Source: Macrostomum lignano
Lineage: Eukaryota
DNA length: 64,000 bases
Direction of reading: 5' to 3'
NCBI GenBank assembly: GCA_002269645.1
Contig: NIVC01001491.1
Span: 62,001-126,000 of the forward strand
Positions 12,216-28,845 of this stretch are shown here, piece after piece; within the stretch, counting starts at the first letter, position 1, and the number at the start of each line of letters is the position of its first letter. The translations under genes and the position numbers were made by a program. The notes under the pieces were generated by a model that ran no database searches, was not told where the DNA came from, and saw only the letters and a list, made by a program, of their open reading frames with translations.

Positions 12216-12515
12216 GCAGCCCTGTGGTCAAGCGCGACGCTCTGATGTGCCATGCTGCGGCCCAGGCTCGATTCCAAGTGTAGTCCACATTAATCTGGGG
12301 CTAATCGGAATCTCGGCTTGGCTCTGCTTGTGCAATTAACACCCAGCTTAAGGGGCCAACCCCCAAGGCCCAATGAAGTGTACATGTCTAACGATAAATA
12401 AAGTTAGGGCCTCTGTACACTCCTGTGTGAGTGTGTGCCTGTGCGAATGACTGCGTACGTATCCGCGCGCTTGTGTGCCTGCTCAGGGGAGTCGGTGGAA
12501 TGCCACCAACTGCGT
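12216..12515 (+). mobile_element. tRNA-derived SINE-like element, copy 1
   Basis: A-box-like TGGTCAAGCG (12224) and B-box-like GGCTCGATTCC (12265); body blocks ATTAACACCC, GGCCAA, CTGTGTGAGTG, CGCGCTTGT and GGGAGTC are shared with copy 2. Confidence 0.6.
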
Positions 12516-13284
12516 GAGGAAATTGCATAAATCACATGAAGGATTGAATCGGATTCAATTTATGCACTTCGACCTTTCCCGTCACGATTTATTGACTTCT
12601 GAACTGCGATTTTATTTTTTTCAGTAGAGTCGCGGTTCTACTAAAACAAACCAGCTTCCGTGAAGGATATCAAGCCGGAAAATATGACTAAAGAATTTAT
12701 TACATTTTCACCGTTCTGGTGTGAAGCAGTTCTATCGTTTGATGCTTACAAAATATACCGACACAATTCCTAATTCCAAACAAGATACTGATCTGAAGGC
12801 TTGAAGCAAAGTGCACTCGCAATTGCGCACCCAGATGATCAGAGAGGGGCACCTTCTGAAGACGAAAGTTAGGAGGCAGTTGAAGCGTGGGTCTGTCCGT
12901 CTACTTTCTATCCCAGTTAAGCGGCGGGCTACATCTTTCTCCTACAGCATTATCGCTACCCCATGCTGCTAGCCACCTGCAGATATGCACTGGCTAAATT
13001 ACTTTAGAATCCCCATGCTCTGCCCTGCATTTTCTGCGGATTGTGTGACCTCAGTTGCTCCCTGAACCGCTCTAGGAAAATTAATATTTATTTATTAGAT
13101 TTTTGTAGATTAGGTAAGGTTAAGGAGCAATATATTCAATACATGCAGTTTAAATTCACTTACAATATGCCTCGGTTACACATGTAAATAATCGCATTTC
13201 AGGGAGCTTGGGCGTACGCATTTATACTTGCCAATACTTAATTCTTGTTCGAACAACATTTTCTGCTTACTACTTACTAGTAGT

Positions 13285-13560
13285 GCACTGCCCAGTGGCT
13301 TTGAATTTACATCTGACTCTCCAGCCATGACCCCCTGGTTCGATTCCCGCGGCCACATTCATTTGAGGCTTGTGTGCATGAAAATTTGTTGGGAGTTTTC
13401 CTTCGATTAACACCCTTGAAGGCCAAACTCCAAAGGCACAGAAAGTGTGCAATGCCTGACGATTAGAAAGTCAATGAGCCGCTGTGCACCCTGTGTGAGT
13501 GAGTGCCGGCGAACTGTATTAACGCGCTTGTAATGTGCTAGGGAGTCATCGGAATGGACA
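13285..13560 (+). mobile_element. tRNA-derived SINE-like element, copy 2
   Basis: A-box-like TGCCCAGTGG (~13291) and B-box GGTTCGATTCC (13337-13347); body aligns by eye with copies 1 and 3. Confidence 0.65.
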
Positions 13561-13709
13561 GAATTGTCCCACTGATGCTCGTAGGACGTAGTTCGTAGTT
13601 TAGTGAATGAGCAAGAGAACTTGCCTTTTTTCTGTCTGCGGGTTGATTGTCATGTCTTAATCGGAGAGGGGTTACCCAAAATCCTAAAGTACTCAGTCCA
13701 AAAACGTAC

Positions 13710-15708
13710 CCAATAAGTTGTCAATCGATCCTTCCGATGTTTCCTTGTCGCTCTCGTCCATCGCATCCTCTTCTTCAGTTTGTAGTTCGAAAGTCCTGTC
13801 TGCATCTTCGATTGTTTGAGACTTATCATGGTCAGTGTCGAACTTTTTGAAGTCTTCAATTGCGCCCTCATCGTTGTTGTTGACTTCTTTTTCATCCCTG
13901 CCAATCCATTCTTGTTGATGTTCCTTTTCTGCGAAATACTCTACGTTCTCGGATCCACCATCGCTGGCCGTGACATATGAATCGCAACAGGAGCTGCCCA
14001 TTGCTGTCAGATAGCAGCACCCGGACGATACTGAAGCATCCGAAGACTCCACTGCCGCATCAGTGTCCTCCTCAATGATGGGAAACAAGCATCGGCTGCA
14101 GCCCTCAAACCAGAGATTGTTTGCTCGAAGAATCTCTTGAATTCTCAGATACTCATCGCGTTCGTCGACGGTTTCATCGTTGTCTTCTTCATCGAGCTCT
14201 TCGTCAGAGGCTGCTGCGTCCTCATCCAGATCAGTTCTGCGTGGCAGCGGAGGCGGCGGTGGTATGAAAAAATTGTCGTCCAACGTTGCGTTTGCATCTT
14301 CGACACAGCCAACTGCTGTGCCCCACGGAATAGGGGGCTTCTCATCGCGATGGTGAAAGCTCATGCTCCATTCCTTGTTCATATCCTCTTCCTCGTCCCA
14401 GAGCAAAGCTCTTCGACCTGACGAGGCCCAGTGTCGCGGCGTTGGTGGCGGCTTCTGCAGCGTTGCTTCTTTCTTAGTCTCAGCTGCCGCCATCGAGGCT
14501 CCGCCGAGCGGACTTGACTCGCCCTCGGGTGAATGACGTTTCGAGAAATCATTTCCCGCGCCTCCGCCGCCCTCTCCGTCTGTATCGTCACGACGCTCAT
14601 CAGCACCACGGATGCTGCAGCCGTTTATGGTGTTTTCTTTTGCCGTCTCATTCTTTTGAAGCCGGTTGCGTAGGTTCTCAAGGTCGGCCTTAATTTCAGC
14701 AAGCCGGTCAAGCAGCTCGTTGTAGTTCAGCGGCAGCGGCGGTGGCGAAACTGGCGGCTGTGGTGCCATCTCCAGCTCAGGCGTTCTCGGATTTTCGACC
14801 ATCGGCGGAGTCGACGGCGGTGAAGCAGAAAGCGGTGGCTGAGCAGCTGCTGGGGCAAAAAGCCAGGAAAAAATAGAGTTGGTACATCGGTTCAGTGCTT
14901 CATGTCGCAGCTGGTTGGACTGATTTGGATCATCTAGATTTGATGACTTTGCTAGAATTTCCTGGTTCTTCTTTAGACCTAAATTTAACAATGGCTGATG
15001 CTGTGTTTGTTCTAAAAAATCATTTACGGACGAGTGATTTTTGCTGCTCAGCTCTGCATGTTGCTGCGTTGGCTGCACTTTTCGGCCTTCTTCTAACATG
15101 GATGTTTGCAGTTGCTCCGTTATCAAGCTTTTATCGTCGGGAAAAGGCATTAAACCGTCTACATTTCTGCTCGTTTTTTGTTTATCTTCTTCAACCTCTC
15201 GGTCTGGAAAGCGTACGCCAATGCTGGTTTGCAGCCTGCGCTCAAAAAACACGCTCGAGTCGATTTTAGAAGCATCATTGATGTCAGACACGGGCGCGAC
15301 AGACGTTGAGCAGTCGACGCGAAACCAAAACGCTGCGTACTGACGTCTGACAAAGCCGGCATAGCTGTGCAAGCAGCGAGGACTCGAGCTGGCATCGCCC
15401 AAACCGTAGCGGCAGTCCGTGCCGAGTTGCATACGGCGCAACAGGCTTCGGTTGTAGTCGTCAATTGAAAGCGGAGATGATGACGGCGGCTTAGTCGGGG
15501 GTAGCGGAAGCGTCTGAGCTGGAAGCGTTGAGCTCTGAGATTCTGAATGAAGAGTGTCTTGGTGCTTCCAATTTTCGTCTTTCAATTTCGACGTCCGCTC
15601 CGTCATCAGCTGACGTCCCCAATAACCAACCGCCGCTGCGGTAGCCGCGGCCGCTGCTGCAGCAACTGCTCTGCTGCCAGCCGTCAGAGCTAGGACTCGG
15701 CTGAGCAT
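13710..15708 (-). CDS. Large coding exon (~666 aa) of an unrecognised acidic/Pro-rich protein; possibly the first coding exon of the AJM1-like gene
   Basis: 2.1-kb stop-free frame (13693-15807); T-rich acceptor TTTTTTTTTACAG at 15751, ATG at 15708, strong phase-1 donor TTGG/GTACGT at 13709. No family recognised. Confidence 0.65.
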
Positions 15709-17624
15709 GACGGCTCCGCTTCTGCCGTTGCCGTCATTCTCTCGCAAAAACTGTAAAAAAAAAGCAAATCCGAAACGAATCGAAAAATCTGTCGGACCGA
15801 CTGACAATCAGTTTTGACAGTTGCTGCTGCTGCTGCTGCTGCACTTCCCTGCCTCTCCGTATTGCTGCCCTTCTCTAGTCTTTAAAAATAGAACAGAACA
15901 GAAGGGGAGGTTCGCTATGTGCTTCCCCAATCCAATCAACCCCACTCCCATACTCTTTTCCCTCTCCCTCCTCGCCCTTCTCCAAACCGTCCTCGGTTCT
16001 CTTCAAGCGCAACTTGAATCTCTTCTCAACGGCGTTTTCCTTTCCCTGTGTCTCCTCTCTTACCCTTGGCGCCGCTCACAATGCCTTTAGCGACTTCCCT
16101 CCTCTCTCCTGGAATTTCACTGCAACAGTGTGCGAGCACCATTCAGTCTCTTGTCGGTATATCCCGACCCTGCTTTTTTGCCTTGAGTGTACACTGATTA
16201 GACTTGACATATTTTTCTATTATTCAATCGTGTTCCATTGTGTTTCTTTTTGCTACCCAATGCGGCCACTGGAGCAGAAAAATTAATAACCGAGACAGAT
16301 TCTCTGTATCGTCCTGGTCGGTGGTAGCTCCCTGAGATACAGTGCAAATTCAATGGACACTCAGCTAATGTGTGCATTTTCCTACAAGGGAGGAGTGGGG
16401 AACTGGAGAATGGAGCCGTTCCCTCAAATATGAGCGACCAACCCCTACCACCCCAGAGCCTTGCCTACGTCAACAAGCAGATATAATACAGTACAGCCGT
16501 TACGACCGCCCACCCCACCCCCTGTCGTAGTTGAGCTAATGCACAACGGAAGTAAAGTTGATATATATAATGGCCTACACATATGCTATTGTAATGCGCT
16601 ATGTAGAATCAGCAGCGCTTGCCAATGCAGGCGTCAGCAGTCACAGAGGCCAACTAACTGCGACAGCGTATGGCTTTAGTTGAGCGAAAAAAGCCCGCCA
16701 ACGCCCGGGCCATGTTTGACGCGGGTTGATCTGAGAGTGCAAAAATCACGCATCAAGCTGTAAACAGTTTAACTGTGCATATGGCTCGGGTGACTTTAAT
16801 TTGGAACTCTTTTTTCTCTCTACTAGATCTGAACTCTACCTCGCATTTTCACTTCTTTCCGCTTGTGTTGGTCCGCTGCCGGGAGGGTCTCACCGTTGTA
16901 AAACCAACAGAGCGGAACGGAATATTTTTGCTTTTCCTACTCCCACCCCCCCAATCTCTACGAGTCCTCGCTGGTTGAAAAAAATGAAGACGAGAAGCAA
17001 GGAACTTTTTCCTATAGTTAAGCCAAGGAGACCGCTTAGCATGAAAGTCTGGGTGGTCTGGGTGGTTTTTTTAATGCACGATTAAGGCCATTATTGATCA
17101 ACTTGCGATTCTTGAGGCAGTGTAGCCTATGAGCTAATCAAGTTGTTGCTTGAGTTGCAACTCCAAACTCTTGTACAGGATCTCCTTGAGTAAGTAGCTC
17201 GTGAAACCAACCGGCAATGCATAGCGGCGTCAACTTTGACAAACAAGGAACGGTTGAAATTTTAGGGGGGAAAGAAAGACGATCAAGTGCCTGTCGATTT
17301 TTGTTTGCTCGCTTTTGATATGGGAGCGAATGAAATGTAGCCATAATTCGACGATTGGGAATTGGCGGCTTTTACCTCCCCGTGTAGCAAATGTCGATTA
17401 TGACTTGAAAAAAGCGAAGCAAAATTTAAAATAAAGCCTGCAAACCATTCTATCTGGCTTCAATAGCCTCTATTTACGAGTTATTTCGTAACAGTGACCT
17501 TTTTTGAACTGAATGCATTAAAAACGGAAGTACACATGTACTTTAAGGATACAGAATCGGTTTGCTAGTCTTACAGTCAACCTGCAACCAGTGAGACAAG
17601 CCTTCCTGCTCGTAAACAAACTTT

Positions 17625-17808
17625 CACACCATGTAAATCGGCCCTGACTTTCTAATTGTCCGGGTATGTACACTCTCTGTGCGTTGGGGTTTGGCCCTCA
17701 TAGGTGTGAACGGCACAACAACCCCCGAGACCAATTTTCGTGTATGAATGTCAAGTGAATGTCGTCGCATACGGAATCCAGCCGAGACGTGTATGGCGTG
17801 GAGACTAT
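17625..17808 (-). mobile_element. SINE-like element, copy 3 (partial)
   Basis: Reverse complement carries GGCTGGATTCC, ACATTCA, GGCCAAAC, GCACAGA-AGTGT and ATTAGAAAGTCA in the same order as copy 2. Confidence 0.6.
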
Positions 17809-17984
17809 TGTCAATTTTGCTTTCATTGAATAGTCATTTTAAAACTGTTTCCAATTAAAAGTACATTTAAATTCTATTTTTAGGCAAAGATAAATGTTTT
17901 TTTAGGCACACATTTTTACTAGCAATCGGGGCGCCCAAAAAGCAATTAGGGACTAAAATTATTTATGTGAATCCTACTTGCCTT

Positions 17985-18708
17985 GACATCTCAGCAATTC
18001 CCCCATTAACCCTTGACCGTACCATTGAAATCTTATCAATTCCCCCAAAAATCCTTGACATCTCAGTAGTTCCCCCAGTAAGCCTTGACATATCAGCAAT
18101 TCCCCCAGTAAGCCTTGAAATCAAAGCAATTCCTCCAGTAAGCCTTGACATCAAAGCAATTCCCCCAGTAAGCCTTGACATCAAAGCAATTCCCCCAGTA
18201 AGCCTTGACATCAAAGCAATTCCTCCAGTAAGCCTTGACATCAAAGCAATTCCTCCAGTAAGCCTTGAACTCAAAGCAATTCCTCCAGTAAGCCTTGACA
18301 TCAAAGCAATTCCTCCAGTAAGCCTTGACATCAAAGCAATTTCTCCAGTAAGCCTTGACATCAAAGCAATTTCTCCAGTAAGCCTTGACATCAAAGCAAT
18401 TCCCCCAGTAAGCCTTGACATCAAAGCAATTCCTCCAGTAAGCCTTGACGTCAAAGTAATTCCCCCAGTAAGCCTTGACATCAAAGCAATTCCTCCAGTA
18501 AGCCTTGACGTCAAAGTTCCTCCAGTAAGCCTTGACGTCAAAGTAATCCCTCCAGTAAGACTTTACATCAAAGCAATTCCCCTAGTAAGCCTTGACATCA
18601 AAGTAATTCCCCCAGTAAGCCTTGACATCAAAGCAATTCCCCCAGTAAGCCTTGACATCAAAGTAATTCCCCCAGTAAGCCTTGACATCAAAGCAATTCC
18701 CCCAGTAA
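17985..18708. repeat. 30-nt minisatellite AGTAAGCCTTGACATCAAAGCAATTCC(T/C)CC
   Basis: Tandem copies; explains the PPVSLDIKAI and SRLTGGIALM ORFs on both strands. Confidence 0.95.
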
Positions 18709-19484
18709 TTATTCAATTATATCTAGCAAATAAAACTCCAGTCAATATGCTATGCAGTAAGCTCTAGAGCCGGCACAACAGACAGGTGAATTATTTATTA
18801 ACAAAGTTAATCGAAGTGCTTCTACTATTGTAGCCTTCCGTGCACTGTGGTAAACCGCAACTTTGATGCGATTTAATTTCGACTCTCAAATCAGTCCCCT
18901 ATAAGACATCAGAACTTCTTACTATCGGAAGACGGCGGCACAAGACTGACGCCATCAGCCAACTCCCAGCGGTGCAGTCAGTTGAGGCGCGCATATCATT
19001 AATTATTTATGAGGCTCTGAAAAAATCTGAATCCCTCTGTGAGACTTGCAACGAAATAATTCAAGAAGGCAGTCAATTAGAGTCGTCAGGAACATAAGTC
19101 CCAAAGGGCGAAGTACCGATCTCGCACGCATGCAATTTTCTATTTTTGCTTTATCATACTACCAAAACTTAAAACCGAAGTAGTAGTATGTTGAGTGTTA
19201 GTATGCCTACGACTGCATGATTTAAAAATATAATTTTTCACTTTGTTCTTATCGAGTCTGCCCCAGCCCGTGTCTCGCATGCACAACTCGCTCAAAGCGA
19301 GAGAAAAGTGGTGTTCGTTGATAGCACGTAGGTGGGTCGACCGGCGAATTTTATCGGGTTCAAAGTGCAACACCAAACTGTAATGCTTTAAATACTCTGA
19401 TAGATACTCTGGTCCTGAGTTCAAAACTAGCTGCTAATCATTACGTGAAAGTGTCAACGGAACCTTGCACGTCCATTCGTCGTC

Positions 19485-22400
19485 ATGGCCGGTTCTTCCT
19501 CTGGCGCTCGGCTGTTGCTTTCGTCGCCGAAAATTGCACGCAACCTGCTGAGCTTGTCGATGTCATTCCTACTGATGTTCACCAGCTACCAGGGCCTGGC
19601 ATCGTTGCAGAGCTCCATCAACTCAGTTGGCGGCCTGGGTACGGCGGGCCTGGCGGTAACTTACGCTTGCGTGGTGCCTTCGTCGCTTCTGGTGTCGCCG
19701 TTGGCTTTGGACTGGCTGGGTGCCAAGCGGACAATGCTGCTCGGGATGCTGGGCTACGTCATCTATTTCCTCCTGAGCTTGGCGCCTGGCTGGGCCACCA
19801 TCATACCCGGCTCGGCTCTGCTGGGTCTGTGCGGAGCGCCGCTCTGGGCTGGAATGAGTTTGTACACTGTGCAGCTCGCCGCCATTGCGGACGCCGAGGC
19901 TGCAGCTGATGACAAAGGACGTCAGAATAATGGCGATAAAAGCGGCAAAAAAGTTGCCACTTTGCCAGTGTTCTTTGGAGTCTTCTTTACAATAGTTACC
20001 AGCTGTGAGTTCTCGCGCTAACGGCCGGGGGCCGTCATTTCTGACCGCGGTACGATCTTGGCAAAGGCGTTGCGCCAGGGAGTGCCCACAGACCTGTAAA
20101 TATTGACAGAATTTACAGTAAGCGCTTTCTTGCTGGCTGGGTTTCGACTGCCTTGTAGATTTGCGGCAGTGCCCAACGCACTCTGGTGAACTCGGGAACT
20201 AATTAAATTTCATCTTTGGTGGACATGGATTGCCAAATATACAAAAGCTATGATTTTTCACCAACCCCAGGCAATATTTGGGGCAACTTGATCTCCTATT
20301 TGACGCTGGTGGATCGCAGTGATGGAGGCGTCTCCAACTCAACAGCCTCTATCAGCAATTTCAGCTGCGGCTATCGCTTTTGTCCAGCGAAACCGGCTGC
20401 TGGAGCAGAAGCACCCACCAGCGACGCCGAAGTGGAGGCGCTTGGACCCGGCGGGCTGCCCGCTGTGAAGGTGTGAAAAATGCCGAATTTAAGATTAAAG
20501 AAGAAAGCTTATTTCAAACTTTTTAACTTCAGTCCCCATGAGTGCACTACAGCAATGCATACCCACAGCACCATTGACAATCCAGAGCACCACTGACATC
20601 CCAGAGCACCACTGACATCCCAGAGCACCACTGACATCCCAGAGCACCACTGACATCCCAGAGCACCACTGACATCCCAGAGCACCACTGACAATCCAGA
20701 GCACCACTGACATCCCAGAGCAACACTGACATCCATGGAGCACCTCTGACATCCCAGAGCGCCCAGAGCACCACTGACATCCTAGAGCATCACAGACATC
20801 CAAGAGCACCACTGACATCCTAGAGCATCACTGACATCCCAGAGCATCCCTGACATCCCAGAGCATCACTGACATCCCAGAGCGCCCAGAGCACCACTGA
20901 CATCCTAGAGCATCACAGACATCCCAGAGCACCACTGACATCCTAGAGCATCACTGACATCCCAGAGCACCACAGATATCCTATAGCACCACTGACATCT
21001 CAGAGTCCTTTTTCATCCCTAGTCCACTATGAATTGTTGTTGTTAATGACAGCTGGAACACATTTTCGAATATTATGTAGCCATCTTTACTCCGTTAAAT
21101 TAAATATCCATTTCAGTTTTACACTCTGATGTCCTGTTTCATCGCAACAGCAGTGGTCTCCGTGCTAGTGATGTTCTTCCTCGTAGATCGAAACGATCCG
21201 CCGAAAAACGAGGAGCCAGTCAAAGCCGGAACGCAGCAGCAAGTCTCTCAACTGTTAGAGAGGCTTCGTAAAGCGCTGGCTCAATTGGTGGATCCGAGGC
21301 AATTTCTTCTGGTGCCTTTGACCATCAATGCTGGACTGTCACAGGCTTTCTCACTCGGCGACTTTACTGAGGTTTGAGACCCGCGAAGCCTAAGTTGTTT
21401 AATCGACCGTATCGTTTTTGCAAATTTGACGATAGTCAGTACAAGAAGCCCCAGGCACACTCGCGGGCAACACTCCGACGTCCACCGACGTACTTGACAT
21501 GCCTGACATTGATGTACATCGCTGGCGAATGGGTATTTTTACATTACGTCGGCTAACGACAAGTTTATACGGCGGAAAAACGTCAGTGTAGCGTAATAGT
21601 ACCCACTTCGAGTGGGTTTTCTAATAGCCCCCTTTAGAAAGTGACTTCGAGTGGGTTTTCTAATAGCCCCCTTTAGAAAGTGACTTCGAGTGGGTTTTCT
21701 AATAGCCCCCTTTAGAAAGTGAAGGCACATGTAAATATTAAGTTAGTGGGTGCCTGACACACGTTTCTGCTAGCGGAATGGTTAACGAAAGACGACCTTA
21801 AATTAAGTGGAGCTTCTTAGAAAAACGATTGAAGGTTTTCGTTGTTTTAGTTTCTACGATATGAGCTATAGCTTGCCTACATCAATTCGTCACTAAAAAG
21901 TAGGCCGTTAAAATGCCATAAAAGTTGAACATTTATGAATGTTCCTCCTACGTAGTCTGATACGTAATCGTAATCTTTTTTCAATACGTAGTTCTATTTA
22001 TTTTTGTGTTTGAAAAATGAAAAAGGTTTATGGAATTCGATTGTTTTTTTCCGGTATTTTAAGTCGTCCCATAGAGCAATCGCAGCTCCATGCAGACAGA
22101 ACAATTAATTCATGCCACCCGTTCGAAAAGCGCAGGGTTTCGTAGCCTGCACCTCGGGCATCGCCTCCGTCGGTCTGGTGATGATCAGCTACGGAGTGAG
22201 CCAGGTTGTGACCGGACTGCTTGCTGGACAGGCTGCGGCTCGAGTTGGCCCAGCTCCGGTGCTTCTGAGTGGTGAGAAGGATCGAGAAAAATGAAACTTT
22301 GTTATACGCTCGCATGTCACTCGTGCTATGGTGTCACTGTCTAATCGCATTCGGGTATTTTCTGGTTAAACTGTTATAGGTACGCTCGTATTGAAGTTCC

Positions 22401-24136
22401 AACTTTTGAGCCAGTTAATTCGATAATTTAAATTTGATCAATACAGGGTATTTTAAAGCTATTTATTAGGGAATTTGGGCCTCTTAACCAAACAATTTTA
22501 GGTCACTCAATGAAGCTCTTTTAGATCACTCAATCAAGCTCTTTTAGGTCACTCAATCAGGCTTTTTTAGATTACTTAACCAGGCTATTTTAGGTCACTC
22601 AATCAAGCTCCTTTAGGTTACTCAATCAGCCTCTTTTAGGTCACTCAAACGGCTCTTTTAGGTTACTCAATCAGGCTCTATTAGGTCAACTCAATCAGGC
22701 TCTTTTAGGTTACTCAATCAGGCTCTTTTAGGTCACTCAATCAGGCTCTATTAGGTCAACTCAATCAGGCTCTTTTAGGTCACTCAATCAGGCTCTTTTA
22801 GGTCACTCAATCAGACTCTTTTAGGTCACTCAATCAGACTCTTTTAGGTCACTCAATCAGGCTCTATTAGGTCACTCAATCAGGCTCTTTTAGGTCACTC
22901 AATCAGGCTCTATTAGGTTACTCAATCAGGCTCTTTTAGGTCACTCAATCAGGCTCTTTTAGGTTACTCAATCAGGCTCTTTTAGGTCACTCAATCAGGC
23001 TCTTTTAGGTCACTCAATCAGGCTCTATTAGGTCACTCAATCAGGCTCTATTAGGTCACTCAATCAGGCTCTTTTAGGTCACTCAATCAGGCTCTTTTAG
23101 GTCACTCAATCAGGCTCTATTAGGTCACTCAATCAGGCTCTATTAGGTCACTCAATCAGGCTCTATTAGGTCACTCAATCAGGCTCTATTAGGTCACTCA
23201 ATCAGGCTCTATTAGGTCACTCAATCAGGCTCTTTTAGGTCACTCAACGAAGCTCCTTTAGGTCACTCAATCAGGCTCTATTAGGTCACTCAATCAGGCT
23301 CTATTAGGTCACTCAACCAGGCTCTTTTAGGTCACTCAATCAGGCTCTATTAGGTCACTCAATCAGGCTCTTTTAGGTCACTCAACGAAGCTCCTTTAGG
23401 TCACTCAATCTGGCTCTTTTAGGTCACTCAATCTGGCTCTTTTAGGTCACTCAATCAGACTCTTTTAGGTCACTCAATCGGTCAGTTTCGGATCACTCAG
23501 TCAAGCAATTTTTGGTCACTTGGATTGAAAATTATGTTTACTCAATAAAATATATTGGTGCTATCAGGATTACTTAATCCACCATTTCTTGTTGTTCAAT
23601 CATGGTAGATTAAATATTTTAGCTTTCTTATTATTCTCGCAAAAAACATTCTAGCACTAATGGGTCTGCTAGCGATGGAAGTCGGCTCGCTATTCTGGGA
23701 GGTGCTTCCACAGCCGGAGTGGCCGCTGCACGGCATGGCTGTCGCCTGGGGCGCCGTGGACTCCGTCTGGGTGACGCTTCTTAACGGTGAGATTGTGGCT
23801 TGATTATTGACTTTGCCACTACTAGAAATTTTAGCTCGTTTATGAAATGAAATTATGAATTATGAAACTTCAGCCCTCTACGGCGAATACTTTGCCGACA
23901 ACGCTGGAGCGGCGTTCTCCGCTCTCCGCCTCTGGCAGTCTCTTGGCTTCATCATTGGCTTCTCATACAACAAGCTGCTTTGCATCGAGCAGAAGTTGTA
24001 CGTCATGATTGGCTTGCTGGGTCTCAGCTCCGTTACCTTTGTTATCTGCGTCCTGATCAACAGGCGTAAGACAATTCAGGTCATTGCACCGCTGCAGACA
24101 GCCGATTCCGAGAAACAGTTAAGCGAAAATGATTGA
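19485..24136 (+). CDS. UNC93A: UNC-93-like MFS membrane protein, 501 aa; exons 19485-20004, 20271-20470, 21117-21371, 22136-22271, 23655-23786, 23874-24136
   Basis: Motifs FTSYQGLASLQSSIN, APLWAG, NIWGNLIS, DPRQFLLVPLT, FVACTSGI, WGAVDSVW, ALYGEYF and AAFSALRLWQSLGF; all introns GT-AG with matching phases; total 1506 nt. Confidence 0.9.
20572..21005. repeat. 19-nt intronic minisatellite CCCAGAGCACCACTGACAT
   Basis: Tandem copies in UNC93A intron 2. Confidence 0.93.
21605..21721. repeat. Exact triplication of a 39-nt unit ACTTCGAGTGGGTTTTCTAATAGCCCCCTTTAGAAAGTG
   Basis: Three identical contiguous copies in UNC93A intron 3. Confidence 0.92.
22495..23480. repeat. 23-nt intronic minisatellite GGTCACTCAATCAGGCTCT(T/A)TTA
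   Basis: Tandem copies in UNC93A intron 4. Confidence 0.95.
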
Positions 24137-24335
24137 AGTGAACAACAAACTCCAGCTTTCTCCAGCTAATTTGTTTATTTGTTTGTTCCTACGAATTGTA
24201 ACAGTTTTATTGATGCTTCTAAAAGTATATGCTTTGAAATTTATAAAAAGTAAAACTGCAAGCTTAAAAAAATTTTATTCATAAAATCGGTTCGACTTTG
24301 GTTTCCATGACAACCACGTCCAAATCGATATAAGC

Positions 24336-28845
<4,510 letters not shown>

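Noticed and set aside
13285-13360. Intact tRNA gene
   Set aside because: A/B boxes are present but I cannot build a full cloverleaf, and the head continues into a body shared with two other copies; treated as a SINE
17963-18767. 266-aa PPVSLDIKAI-repeat ORF and its 192-aa antisense ORF
   Set aside because: A 30-nt unit is a multiple of 3 and stays open by chance on both strands; no unique domain or convincing splice context
19140-19424. 94-aa - strand ORF head-to-head with UNC93A
   Set aside because: No motif, no Met start and no supporting exon chain
21605-21721. CRISPR-like direct repeats with hairpins
   Set aside because: Copies are contiguous with no spacers, no cas genes, and the context is a eukaryotic intron
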